From Candidatus Poribacteria bacterium (GTDB lineage Bacteria > Poribacteria > WGA-4E > PCPOR2b), in the NCBI GenBank assembly GCA_965198175.1, contig OZ240245.1, positions 4,000,001-4,064,000 on the forward strand: a stretch of DNA of 64,000 bases, read 5' to 3'. This document shows, piece after piece, positions 19,649 through 30,030 of the stretch; positions within the stretch are counted from its first letter, which is position 1; each line of letters begins with the position of its first letter. The notes under the pieces were generated by a model. It was not told the origin of the DNA. It made no database searches and saw only the letters and a list, made by a program, of their open reading frames with translations. Both the position numbers and the translations under genes were made by a program.

Positions 19649-20743
19649 ATGGCTAAAGGAGATATCACCCTCAAAAACGTGACGAAGTGTTTCGGTGATA
19701 CTGTCGCCGTTGACAACATGTCGCTCCACATCCAAAGCGGCGAATTTTTCTCACTGCTAGGCCCCAGCGGCTGTGGTAAGACGACTACGCTCCGCATGAT
19801 TGGCGGATTCGAGCATCCCAATTCGGGCGGCATTTTCATTAACGATGCGTTAATGGAACAGACACCGCCTTTCCAACGCGATGTCAACACCGTTTTCCAA
19901 AGTTATGCCCTGTTCCCCCATAAAACGGTTGCCCAAAACATCGCCTTTGGAATTCAGATGAAAGGGTTCGCCAAGTCAGAAGTAGTCGATCAAGTGAATC
20001 AATTCTTGGAGATGGTTCAACTGCCGGCGTATGGAAATCGAAAACCCGACGAACTGTCCGGTGGAGAAAAACAGCGCGTAGCATTGGCACGCGCACTCAT
20101 CAACCGCCCATCAATCCTGTTGCTCGATGAGCCCCTTGCAGCGTTGGATCTCCAGTTGCGGAAACAGATGCAATCTGAACTCAAAGCGCTAAAGCGCGAG
20201 ATGGGAATCACGTTCGTATATGTCACTCACGATCAAGGCGAGGCATTGGCATTGTCTGATCGAATCGCTGTTATGAATCGAGGAAAAATTCTTCAGATCG
20301 GTACGCCCGATGAAATTTATGATTTGCCGAACAACCGCTTTGTGGCGGATTTCATCGGAATATCGAATTTCTTTGACGGCAATTTAGCTAAGATTGAAAA
20401 TGAGTGGGCGGAGATCCAATTAGACATAGATCCGCAGACTCGATGCGTCGGACAGCGTAATAGTAACCTCGGACAGGGGGATGCTGTCACAGTGGTCGTG
20501 CGTCCTGAACGAATTCATATGACACGGCAGCCCGTCGGGAGAGATGTCAATCAGATTGAAGGGATTGTGGAAGATGAGATTTATATGGGCACTACGATCC
20601 AATATACTGTGCTCGTTTCTCATCAGATCCCGGTTGTTGTACATCAACAAAATACGGGGTTGATGAAAGGCGATCGTATCCAAGCCGGAAACACGGTTTA
20701 CCTGAGTTGGAGGACTGACAACGCGACGATATTGAAACGTTGA
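19649..20743 (+). CDS. ABC transporter ATP-binding protein, PotA-like, with TOBE domain
   Basis: GPSGCGKTT, VFQSYALFPH, LSGGEKQRVALARA, LLDEP, YVTHDQ. Confidence 0.92.
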   Translation: MAKGDITLKNVTKCFGDTVAVDNMSLHIQSGEFFSLLGPSGCGKTTTLRMIGGFEHPNSGGIFINDALMEQTPPFQRDVNTVFQSYALFPHKTVAQNIAFGIQMKGFAKSEVVDQVNQFLEMVQLPAYGNRKPDELSGGEKQRVALARALINRPSILLLDEPLAALDLQLRKQMQSELKALKREMGITFVYVTHDQGEALALSDRIAVMNRGKILQIGTPDEIYDLPNNRFVADFIGISNFFDGNLAKIENEWAEIQLDIDPQTRCVGQRNSNLGQGDAVTVVVRPERIHMTRQPVGRDVNQIEGIVEDEIYMGTTIQYTVLVSHQIPVVVHQQNTGLMKGDRIQAGNTVYLSWRTDNATILKR

Positions 20744-20790
20744 CGAAATCGATCAAAACGACGCCCGCGCTGTAGCAGGTTTTCCCCGTG

Positions 20791-20819
20791 TTGACAGTGG
20801 AAAACAGGCGTGTTAGAAT
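20791..20819 (+). promoter_or_regulatory. Sigma70-type promoter
   Basis: TTGACA-N17-TAGAAT, about 120 nt upstream of the VOC gene. Confidence 0.7.
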
Positions 20820-20936
20820 GGCATTTGTCACTCTGAACAGTTCATGCTGGCGTACCCATAACTAGCGACTTCTATGAGCCGCGGAAAGAACAAAGAGGTC
20901 ACGGTACGTGCTTGTTTTTGACAAGGAGATTAGTAG

Positions 20937-21377
20937 ATGATAACGAATTTACACCATGTAGCTATCCTCACGTCAGATATGGAGGACGCTATCGAATATT
21001 ATACGAATCTGCTCGGAGGTCAGACGCCAAGAATTGCTGAGGTCGATCGCCCCGGCGTAAAGCTGAGATCGGCGATGCTGCCAATCGGTCCCACCGGAGA
21101 GACGTATCTTCAGCTCATTGAGCCGTCGGAAGGGCCAGGCGTAGCGGAGTTAGAGCGCGGCGGCGACGGAACGTTATTCGAGGTCGGTTTTCAGGTGGAT
21201 GATTTAGAGGCATTCCACGACCAGATGGACGCTAGAAACATTAGACCACAAGACCTTGCAGGAGATTCGATAGAGGATAAATACATTGAATCAAAGTTTG
21301 GAAATCGGTATTTTTTTCTGCCGAAAGACAAAACGAAAGGCACAAGGTTGGAGTTTGTGCAGGTGATTAACAAGTAG
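20937..21377 (+). CDS. VOC/glyoxalase family protein (methylmalonyl-CoA epimerase-like)
   Basis: LHHVAI..YYTNLLG, YLQLIEP, VGFQVDDL, GTRLEFVQ; AAGGAG RBS. Confidence 0.85.
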   Translation: MITNLHHVAILTSDMEDAIEYYTNLLGGQTPRIAEVDRPGVKLRSAMLPIGPTGETYLQLIEPSEGPGVAELERGGDGTLFEVGFQVDDLEAFHDQMDARNIRPQDLAGDSIEDKYIESKFGNRYFFLPKDKTKGTRLEFVQVINK

Positions 21378-21474
21378 CGCGTACCGGCTGCCGGAAATTA
21401 TAGCCTCTTACTCCTTTCACTCGCTTGGAGGCAAACCCTGCTAACGAGAACACTTCGGTAAGGAGCAGAAAATC

Positions 21475-22134
21475 ATGAAGCCAGATTTCGTTGCGAACGT
21501 GATGTTTTCAATCCTGTGTGGAATGCTAGCATTCCCATTCCTTGCCATCGGCATTCGCGGTCTCAAGACTCGGCGGCCCTTCCGAGCTTCATTGAGGTTG
21601 CCAATTTGGATGATGTTGATCTTTTGTATTTCGCTACTCATACAGTTCCTCTTCTTTTCGTTTTCGGATTCCGTTCTGGTTCTGAGATGGACACCCCTTT
21701 TACTATGCGCGTTTAGCCTTTTGATGCTATGTTTCGCGACTAAGGGTTACATGGCATTCGGCGTGACATATACGCCATTTCGCCAGGGACTACTGGCAAC
21801 GCTCGAAAAACTCCAGTTTCCGTACGAAGAGCCCTCCTCCTTAAGAAGGCTTCAATTGCCTCTTTTGGGACGGGCGATACAACTGAAATCTGGTGAAGTC
21901 GAGCTGCAGGCGTCGATGTGGATGGGAGCTATTCACCTCAAGGTCAAACGGAGCCAGCACTATCCCTTGCTCAGAGAAATCGCCGACGCAATGAACGAAC
22001 ACTTCCGCACATCACCTGTGCGCACAAATATAACGTCCTTTGCTTTCGATCTAATCGTCGCGCTTCTTCTCCTCGCAATTGGCGTGATGTTCCTTCTTAG
22101 CTCATTCTCCCGTTTTTTTGGTGTCAGGTCATAA
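21475..22134 (+). CDS. Hypothetical membrane protein (about 4 TM)
   Basis: AAGGAG RBS and several hydrophobic helices. Confidence 0.75.
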   Translation: MKPDFVANVMFSILCGMLAFPFLAIGIRGLKTRRPFRASLRLPIWMMLIFCISLLIQFLFFSFSDSVLVLRWTPLLLCAFSLLMLCFATKGYMAFGVTYTPFRQGLLATLEKLQFPYEEPSSLRRLQLPLLGRAIQLKSGEVELQASMWMGAIHLKVKRSQHYPLLREIADAMNEHFRTSPVRTNITSFAFDLIVALLLLAIGVMFLLSSFSRFFGVRS

Positions 22135-22314
22135 CACTTCGCTTGCTATGTTTTGAAGGGAAGTGCAAAGACAGCCATTAGTTTTTCATTTGGAATAGGT
22201 GTTCCGGGGGATTCAACCGCAAATTCTCAATAACAGCTTCATATCGAAAAATGCTGACCTGGCATTGTGGAGAGAAAAGGCGCTGCCTAATGAAATTCAA
22301 AGTAGGAGAATAAT

Positions 22315-22827
22315 ATGACGGTAACAGATCTGATTATGATAGCAGCAGTATTTCTAGGTCCAATAGTTGCGGTGCGCCTCACCCGTTATCTTGATAACAA
22401 AAAAGAAATAAAAGAGCGCAAATTAGAAATATTCAAATCGCTAATGGCAACACGGGCCTACACTGTATCTTGGCTACATGTGGAGGCACTAAATCGAATT
22501 GACCTCGAGTTCGATACGAACCGAGACAAAGAGGTGGTAGAGGCTTGGAAGGTATATCATGACTTGCTCTATGATACTAGTATTCCCCTTGACCAGTGGA
22601 GTTCCAAGCGTGTTGATTTGTTAGTGGAGCTTCTGCACAAAATGGCAATCGTTCTCCATTATGAGTTCGACAAAACTCACATCAAAAATTCCTCCTACTC
22701 ACCTAGGGCGCATGTGGACACAGAGGCTCGAGAAATCGCGTTGCGAGAAGGATTACTTGAAGTGCTTGCGGGAAAACGTCCTATACCAATTTCATTGATG
22801 AATTTGCCACAGGACGAGCAAACTTAG
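22315..22827 (+). CDS. DUF6680-like protein with N-terminal TM
   Basis: AVFLGPIVAV..IFKSLMATRA..HVEALNRIDLEF pattern; AGGAG RBS. Confidence 0.75.
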   Translation: MTVTDLIMIAAVFLGPIVAVRLTRYLDNKKEIKERKLEIFKSLMATRAYTVSWLHVEALNRIDLEFDTNRDKEVVEAWKVYHDLLYDTSIPLDQWSSKRVDLLVELLHKMAIVLHYEFDKTHIKNSSYSPRAHVDTEAREIALREGLLEVLAGKRPIPISLMNLPQDEQT

Positions 22828-23075
22828 CGATTCGTTGGGGTGGACGGTAGGAAGATACGATTTCTCGTGTCATCGAATGGCTGGTCGAGTTTATTTTCAG
22901 CAATCCGTTGCTATGCTTAAACATGACGTAGCAACTTGCGTTTTTTATATTCAGTTTTGGAAATTCATCCAACCGGATTATGCAGGAAAATTCCGCCTAA
23001 TTACAAAATAGGAGCACGTTCAAAGAAGGTACATATCTCATAAAAATAAATCGTTTTTTCAGCGAAATCTTAAGA

Positions 23076-23897
23076 GTGAAACTCCATACTCAATACAGTT
23101 GGGGCGCGGTGGATAATATGACAAATCGTGTGTTCCTGCGAGTTTGGGAACACCAAATTGAGTCAGTTCCAGACGGTGAACGTGTTTACGTCGCAGATGA
23201 CGAACCGCGACTTGCCTCATCTACCTATAAGGCAAACTTTTATGAGCGACAGAGGCACCTTTCTTGTATTCGAAACGGCGCGGAGGGTTTTGGGGTTGTC
23301 TCCACAGCCGTCGATCCTGAAACCACGAAATCTAAGAGGACTCGCTCGTTCGATGATACGACATTGTTACAATTGGGAGACTTCACTAAAGAAGATGGCC
23401 GAACCTACGTCCACATTGATGCTCGTGTTTCAGTCGAAGATTTAGCTATTCCTGATCCATTACCTCAAGATGTGAAAAAAATCTTGAGCGAAGAGATTGA
23501 AACAACAACAAAAGTTAATCTTGTTAATGCGCGGGTTGGTCAGGGAAAATTTCGGTCAGAGGTACTTGAACTTTGGGGCAACTGCTGTGCAGTAACAGGC
23601 TCGGTAACTGTTGACGCCATCAGAGCGTCACACATTAAACCGTGGCGGCATTCAACAAACGAAGAACGCCTGGATCCCAACAATGGGCTTCCTCTGATCG
23701 CTAGCCTCGATGCATTATTTGACGCCGGTCTAATCTCCTTTGGATCATCTGGTGCTTTAATCGTCTCATCTGTGTTGTCGGAATCAGAGCAACAGATCTT
23801 TGGTCTCAATTCACAATCGCTATCGCTGACAAAATCCTCCACGCAGAAGACAGCAGAATACTTGGCGTATCATCGTGCCTGCGTCTTTAGAAAATAA
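23076..23897 (+). CDS. HNH endonuclease (HNH_2, Type IV restriction-like) with an uncharacterised N-terminal domain
   Basis: ARVGQGKFR, CAVTG, ASHIKPW, RLDPNNGL..DALFDAGLISF, YLAYHR; the frame is open upstream to an ATA at 23040. Confidence 0.88.
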   Translation: MKLHTQYSWGAVDNMTNRVFLRVWEHQIESVPDGERVYVADDEPRLASSTYKANFYERQRHLSCIRNGAEGFGVVSTAVDPETTKSKRTRSFDDTTLLQLGDFTKEDGRTYVHIDARVSVEDLAIPDPLPQDVKKILSEEIETTTKVNLVNARVGQGKFRSEVLELWGNCCAVTGSVTVDAIRASHIKPWRHSTNEERLDPNNGLPLIASLDALFDAGLISFGSSGALIVSSVLSESEQQIFGLNSQSLSLTKSSTQKTAEYLAYHRACVFRK

Positions 23898-23911
23898 GGT
23901 TAGGTAAAGAA

Positions 23912-24577
23912 ATGTACGAATTCACGAATCTACAACTTACTGAAAATGAATTCAACAACTTAGTTTTCATGGGCTCCCCCCCTTGGTGGATAGATGAGGA
24001 AAAATACCCGCCTTGGTATAATCAGGAAAAAAGCCCTAAACTACCCGTGCGAGAGGAACACAAGTTCCTACATAGTCTATCCCTTAAACCCCTGAAGCAC
24101 GTTGTTCAAAAGGTTGTAGAGCGATCCGGACTTGGTGGGCAAAACTTAAACCTAACTGAAGATTTTGAGAGAATTAACATAGTAGCCAGATACGATAAAG
24201 AGCCATGGTTTAAACGACACGCACACCTCAGCCGACACTTTAGCAGAAATTTGATGAAGGCTATCTGGATTCGGAATCTAGCTCCTCATGAAAGAAATCA
24301 ATGCTCATCCAAGACGTTCTATGTTGAGGATGGCAATCACCGTGCACTTGTCTATGCGGTGCATATTGCATGTAGAGCAGCTACCTATGAGCCCGTTGAA
24401 ACCATCCACGCAACATCATGGGAGCCTGCGATCGAAACCCTCGGTCACTCGGTTCAGCCTGCATCTACTTTGGAAAACAATGGAAAACTCCAGAAGAGTG
24501 GAAGGTTGGAAGGCACAACCTTAGAAGAATCGCTGAAATGTGTTGGCAACGCAATCATACCCACCTCCAATACATGA
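23912..24577 (+). CDS. Hypothetical protein with ParB/Srx-like DGNHR motif
   Basis: FYVEDGNHRALVYA; starts 14 nt after the HNH stop. Confidence 0.6.
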   Translation: MYEFTNLQLTENEFNNLVFMGSPPWWIDEEKYPPWYNQEKSPKLPVREEHKFLHSLSLKPLKHVVQKVVERSGLGGQNLNLTEDFERINIVARYDKEPWFKRHAHLSRHFSRNLMKAIWIRNLAPHERNQCSSKTFYVEDGNHRALVYAVHIACRAATYEPVETIHATSWEPAIETLGHSVQPASTLENNGKLQKSGRLEGTTLEESLKCVGNAIIPTSNT

Positions 24578-24632
24578 ATGCGCACACTCGCGGCAAAAGG
24601 AAGGATATCCTTTAACCCACAAAAACATCACT

Positions 24633-27600
24633 ATGATAACAATAAACAACTTTAAAGATGTGCTCAAATCGTTAGGCTTTACGGCGCAAGGGAGCATCTT
24701 CCAAAAAACAATTGGTGAGGCGACCTTAAAGGTTGACTTTGATAATAAAATAATTTATCCCGAAGATCGACGGCTAACAGTCAATCGCGATGATATATGC
24801 AATCTCTTGCAGAATGAGAATTTTGTTGTATTTGAGTGTGTGCATCGGCTACTGGAAAAAGGCTACAAACCTGAACATTTAGAACTTGAACCCAAATGGC
24901 AAGTTGGACACGGTGCAAGCGGTGGGCGTGCCGATATATTGATTAGAGACCAAGAAAAGAATCCTTTACTGATTATTGAATGCAAAACCGCAGGAAAGGA
25001 ATTTGAAAGGGCATGGCAGAAAACCGAACAGAATGGCGATCAGCTATTGAGTTATGCACAACAAATCCCCCAAACACAATATCTTTGTCTTTACGCTTCT
25101 GACTTTGTGGAGGGTGAAATCCGTATTGACGAGAGAATTATTGCGCATCGTGACAATGAGAAGATTTTAGCGCAAAATGACAAACTACGACCTTTTGCTG
25201 AAGCAACCGACGTTGAAGACCGCTACGCCGTTTGGCGTGATACCTACGAATTAGAATACACACAAGGCGGTATTTTTGAACCTAGTATCCAACCCTACCA
25301 GATCGGTAAAAACAAATACACCCTTGAAGACGATACCAAACGTATTGATGCCAACGATAAAAAAGGCAAATACAATCGGTTTCGAGAAATTTTGAGAAAG
25401 CACAACATCGCACGGCGTGAAAACGCCTTTGAGGTATTAGTCAATCTGTTTCTATGTAAACTGGTCGACGAAGAAAAAAACCAGACCGACCTGCAATTTT
25501 CTTGGAAGGGTATCGCTTACGACAATTATTTTGATTTTGTTGATAGACTGCAAAACCTCTATCGAACAGGGATGGATCGATTTCTGGGCAAAAACATTAG
25601 CTACATCAGTAACGAACAAATTGACAACGCTTTTTGGGCGGTCAAAAATGACCGCAACGCCACCAAGAAAAAGATACAGGAATATTTTAGGGAACTTAAG
25701 TTTTACACCAATTCCGCTTTTTCGTTGATGGATACTCACAACGAAGAATTGTTCAAAAGAAACGCCAAAGTCTTGTTAGAACTTGTGCAGATGTGGCAAG
25801 GAATACGCCTCAAAACAGATGTCCAAAACCCGTTTTTAGGTGAGTTGTTTGAGCTTTTTCTTGACGACGGGGTCAAGCAGTCGGAAGGACAGTTTTTCAC
25901 ACCGCTGCCTATATGCAAATTTATTGTCGGTTCCTTGCCACTTGAGCAAATAATTATAGAGAACGCCGAACCGCTTAAAGCGATTGATTATGCCTGTGGT
26001 TCAGGGCATTTTCTGAATGAATACGCCCATCAAATAAAACCGTCAGTTGAGATACAAGAACGAGACCTAAGGGAGTACTATAGCCACATCACCGGCATAG
26101 AAAAAGAAGATCGTCTGGCAAAAGTCGCCAAGGTTGCCGCCTATATGCACGGTCAAGATCAAATGAAGATATTAGACACTGACGCGCTCGCTTCTCTTCC
26201 TGATGAAATTAACCCGGAGAGTTTTGATGTCTTGGTGGCGAACCCACCGTATTCAGTGAAAGGATTTTTACAAACCTTGAGTAAGGAGGATAAAAAAGAG
26301 TATCAACTTATTCAAGCCACAAGCGAAAGTAGCAACAACAAGCATATTGAATGCTTCTTTTTAGAACGGATTCACCACTTAATGGCTCCTGGTGGTGTGG
26401 TCGGTGTGATTGTTCCACCTGGAATTTTGTCAACTGGGAATAAGGTTCAAACCCGAACGCGTGAGATTCTGTTACAATTTTTTGATCTGGTAAGTGTCGT
26501 CACGCTGGGTCAGAAAACCTTTGGAAAAACAGGCACTAGTACGGTGGTGCTTTTCTTAAGACGGAAAGTGGAAAGACCAGAACCGGCCGATCAGTACCAC
26601 TATCGAGTGGACAACTTTTTTGAAGGTGATGAGGAAGAAGTACAATATCAAGATCATGACCTGATTCGAGCCTATTGCAAGCATATTGAAATTCCTTATG
26701 AAGAATACATCAAACTCTTTGCTCAAACAAGTCTTGAGCCACTTTCTGAGCTATTGAAATACGGTATTTTCCAGGGCTACCAACGAGACTTCGATTCAGA
26801 TAAGGAGATTGAAAAAATAAAACAATCCAGGGAGTTCAGCGAAAAAACAGAAGCAGATCAATTGGCAGAATTAGAACGCCGTCTTATTGCTTACCTACAT
26901 AACATAGAAAACGACAAACTCTATTACTTTATTCTGGCACACGAGCAAACTGGCAAAGTATTGATTGTTAAGACACCGAGTACCGACACAGAGGTACAAA
27001 AGCAATTCTTAGGGTACTGGTGGAGTGGTGCCAAAAATAACGAGGGCATTAAATATGATGGGGGTGAAACGGTCAACGATATTATCACACCCCTGTTCGA
27101 TCCGAAAGATTTAGACAACGACACTAAAATAAATACGGCAATTAAACGCAACTATATCGGTGAATCCACCGACCCACTGCCCGAACACTGCCACTATGCC
27201 AGACTCACCGATATGTTGGATTTTAGCCGTATAGGTTTTAATAAAGCCATAAGTCTTAACCCAAAGCAGAATATTGATTTTGAAACTCAGTGGGAATTAG
27301 TGAAGTTGGGAGAAATGGCAGAAATTGTTGCAGGGCAATCACCAAAATCCGAATTCTATAATCAAAATCAAGAAGGATTGCCTTTTTATCAAGGGAAAAA
27401 AGAGTTCGGAGATATATACCTTTCAGCTCCCACTATATGGACTGAGCAAATTACAAAAAAATCAATCAGAAATGATATTCTAATGAGCGTTTGAGCTCCT
27501 GTTGGAAATGTAAATATTAACCCTTATGAAGAAATATGCATCGGAAGGGGATTGGCTGCTATTAGAGCTAGAGAAAATAAAGTTCTGCAATATTATTTGT

Positions 27601-28412
27601 TTAGCGTTTTAGACATTAATCAAGCGTTAATTACGGGACATAAAGGGATGTCTGTTGATTCAATTTCTACCTCGGATGAATTGCCTGACATAAAAATTCC
27701 TCTCCCACCGCTTGAAGTGCAACAGCAGATTGTTGATGAATGCGAGGCAGTGGATCAGGAAACCTACGAAGACCGTCGAACCATCACTGCAGTCAAACAG
27801 AAGGTTGAAGAAAAGGTAAACTGTTTATGGAGCGAAAGCATAAAAGATAAATTAGACAATGTTATTAGAATCAATACCAAATCTTATAACCCAACCCTAA
27901 ATCTAGATAAAGAATTCATCTACATTGACATTGATAGCGTTGGTAAAGCTAATGGTGTTATTGATTATTCAAAACGATTAACCGGAAAGAACGCGCCCTC
28001 TCGTGCTAGGAGAATAGCAAAAAACGGCAGTACTATCATTTCAACTGTCCGCCCATACTTAAAAGGCTTTGCCTTTGTAGATACAGATGATATTGATGAT
28101 TGCGTTTTTTCCACAGGTTTTGCAGTTCTTGAATCAAAAAGTCCACATTCGTTGCTTGACAAAGTGGTATATTACCTTTTTATGTTTCTGGATGAACTGA
28201 TGCAGCAGATGATAAACACAATGGAAAAGTCATCTTATCCGAGCATCAATGAAGATGATATAAAGAATTATCAATTCCCAATTCCACCGCTTAATATTCA
28301 ACAGCAGTTGGTGGAAGAAGTCGAGCAGTTAGAGGCAAAAATCACCAAAGCTCAAGCCGTGATTGACGAAGCTACCGAGCGTAAAAATGCTATTCTCAGA
28401 AACTATCTATAA
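24633..28412 (+). pseudogene. Fused R-M-S restriction-modification enzyme (Type IIG/IIB-like: HsdR-N nuclease, N6-MTase, two TRDs), interrupted by an in-frame TGA at 27492-27494
   Basis: GRADIL..IIECK; GQFFTP; DYACGSGHF; ANPPY; TRD motifs MSV*APVG, IGRGLAAIR, IPLPPLEVQQQIV, APSRARR, STVRPYL; ORFs 24540-27494 and 27552-28412 are in the same frame. Confidence 0.88.
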
Positions 28413-28475
28413 AAAACAAAAAAGCACCTTAGCGGTGGGCTCCGCAGCCCGAGCATATCACAACAGGGACAAGGA

Positions 28476-28632
28476 ATGGAAACAAAATCATAGATGAATT
28501 GATTGAAGAGCGAATTGACGAATTCCGTTCCGCGTCTGTCCAACGTGCAAAAGTACGCTTTCGCGACGATAGTAAGCAAAACAGGTTAAGCCATCCCGGG
28601 GAATTTGGCACATACCGAGAAGCAATCCTTTT
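28476..28632 (+). pseudogene. N-terminal remnant of a DUF6602-like putative nuclease
   Basis: NKIIDELIEERIDEFRSA..RLSHPGEFGTYREAIL, then the coding-like character is lost; the start is frameshifted. Confidence 0.45.
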
Positions 28633-28660
28633 GCCCCAAATTGTCATATTTTTCGCCAAC

Positions 28661-28678
28661 TTGCACCGAATGGTGCAA
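28661..28678. promoter_or_regulatory. Palindromic putative enhancer (UAS) for a sigma54 activator
   Basis: ttgcacc-gaat-ggtgcaa with NtrC-like half sites, about 130 nt upstream of the -24 element. Confidence 0.55.
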
Positions 28679-28808
28679 ACGCGCTTAATGAAGTAGGAGA
28701 TAGAAAAAATGCTCTGCACCGTTTCAAAAAGGACACAACCAATGTCAGCACCTGTTTAAAGCCAATAGCGAAAGCACGCCAAAACTAGGTGTACAAAAAC
28801 GTAAAGAT

Positions 28809-28824
28809 TTGGCATATTTATTGC
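28809..28824 (+). promoter_or_regulatory. Sigma54 (-24/-12) promoter of LamG copy A
   Basis: TTGGCATATTTATTGC fits GG-N10-GC and is identical in copy B. Confidence 0.75.
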
Positions 28825-28907
28825 GACAGTATATAGCATATTGAGAGGAACCGGTCCAACTGTTAGATTACTGAAGAGGATCTTTACAAAGACTAAGGAG
28901 GATCAAA

Positions 28908-29762
28908 ATGTTCTCTAAGACTGTTGTCACCGCTTTCGTTCTAACGGCTATCGCATTGATGGTCTATCCTGTCAACGTAGCAGAATCCGAAGGATATGTT
29001 GCTAAAGGTCTCATTGGCTATTGGACGATGGATAGAGCAGATATTGATGGGGATACCGTGAAAGATATTTCGGGAAATAACAATCATGGGGAAATTAGTG
29101 GCAATCCCCAAATCGTCCCTGGAAAAATCGGGGAAGCTCTCGATTTTGATGGCGTCGATGATTTTGTAGCTCTGCCGGATTTGGGGCATGAACCCAAAGT
29201 GACGGTGGAAGTCTGGGCGAAAATAGATCGGCCTATTGGAGTTCGAGAGGTTTATGGGCTGGTTTCCACGTTTGGTGTTCCACATCAGATGCCAGGAAGC
29301 GTTGTAACCTTCAGCGTCAGATTCAATGTCGAATTCAATGAAATGTACCTCAGCAGACATGACGAGACTCTCCATACGAGCGGTCGAAGCGGTCCAGTGA
29401 AGCCATATACGTGGTACCACTTCGCCTACACTTGTGACGTAATGAAGCCGGGGCATGAACTCACGTCGTACTATAATGGAAAAGGGGGGCCAAGAAATCT
29501 TGAGTTGGCATTCCAACCCAACCGGGAATTACCAAAAGTTGGAGCGTCACCAATCAACCTCACCCGTCTCAGAATCGGAAGTGAACTCAAGGGCAGATAC
29601 TTTCCAGGTATCCTTGATGAAGTTCGCATCTATAATCGCGCTTTAACACCCGAGGAAATACGGCAAAACTTTGAGTACAGAAACAACGCACGGGTGGTTG
29701 CGGTTGATTCGAAAAGGAAGCTGGCTGTCACCTGGGGTGTGTTGAAGACAACGAAAGATTAG
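28908..29762 (+). CDS. Secreted LamG-like jellyroll (ConA-like lectin/glucanase) protein, copy A
   Basis: Signal peptide; GLIGYWTMD, GKIGEALDFDG.DD, LDEVRIYNRALT, C-terminal KLAVTWGVLK; AAGGAGG RBS. Confidence 0.92.
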   Translation: MFSKTVVTAFVLTAIALMVYPVNVAESEGYVAKGLIGYWTMDRADIDGDTVKDISGNNNHGEISGNPQIVPGKIGEALDFDGVDDFVALPDLGHEPKVTVEVWAKIDRPIGVREVYGLVSTFGVPHQMPGSVVTFSVRFNVEFNEMYLSRHDETLHTSGRSGPVKPYTWYHFAYTCDVMKPGHELTSYYNGKGGPRNLELAFQPNRELPKVGASPINLTRLRIGSELKGRYFPGILDEVRIYNRALTPEEIRQNFEYRNNARVVAVDSKRKLAVTWGVLKTTKD

Positions 29763-29774
29763 ATGTCTGTGAAC

Positions 29775-29966
29775 CCATCTTGGCAGACAACAAACCACTT
29801 TGCCTCACAATTCTGTCGGGTTGAACCAAAGGGCAATCTCGACCTCAGCGATTTGACTGATTCGACATCCATTCGCTGAGGTCGAGATTGCCCTTTGGTT
29901 CAACCCGACAGAATTGTGAGGCAAAGTGGTTTGTTGTCTGCCAAGATGGATGTCGAATCAGTCAAA
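29775..29966. repeat. Perfect 77-bp inverted repeat whose 21-nt loop is also repeated inverted (A-B'-A'-B)
   Basis: 29775-29851 is the reverse complement of 29873-29949; loop 29852-29872 is the reverse complement of 29946-29966. Confidence 0.95.
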
Positions 29967-30030
29967 CCCACATCTACCTTCAGCAGAGTTAGAACGTTAG
30001 CAGCAGCGATTAAAGGAGCAGAGAAATACC

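Noticed and set aside
20820..20936. Riboswitch in the VOC gene leader (and TPP riboswitch near thiD)
   Set aside because: No recognisable aptamer consensus by eye; an Rfam scan would be needed.
21380..23070. Integron cassette array
   Set aside because: The genes look cassette-like, but I could not find convincing paired RYYYAAC/GTTRRRY attC structures or an integrase.
27492..27494. Selenocysteine or alternative genetic code at the TGA
   Set aside because: The position corresponds to a conserved Arg, and other genes in the window end normally in TGA.
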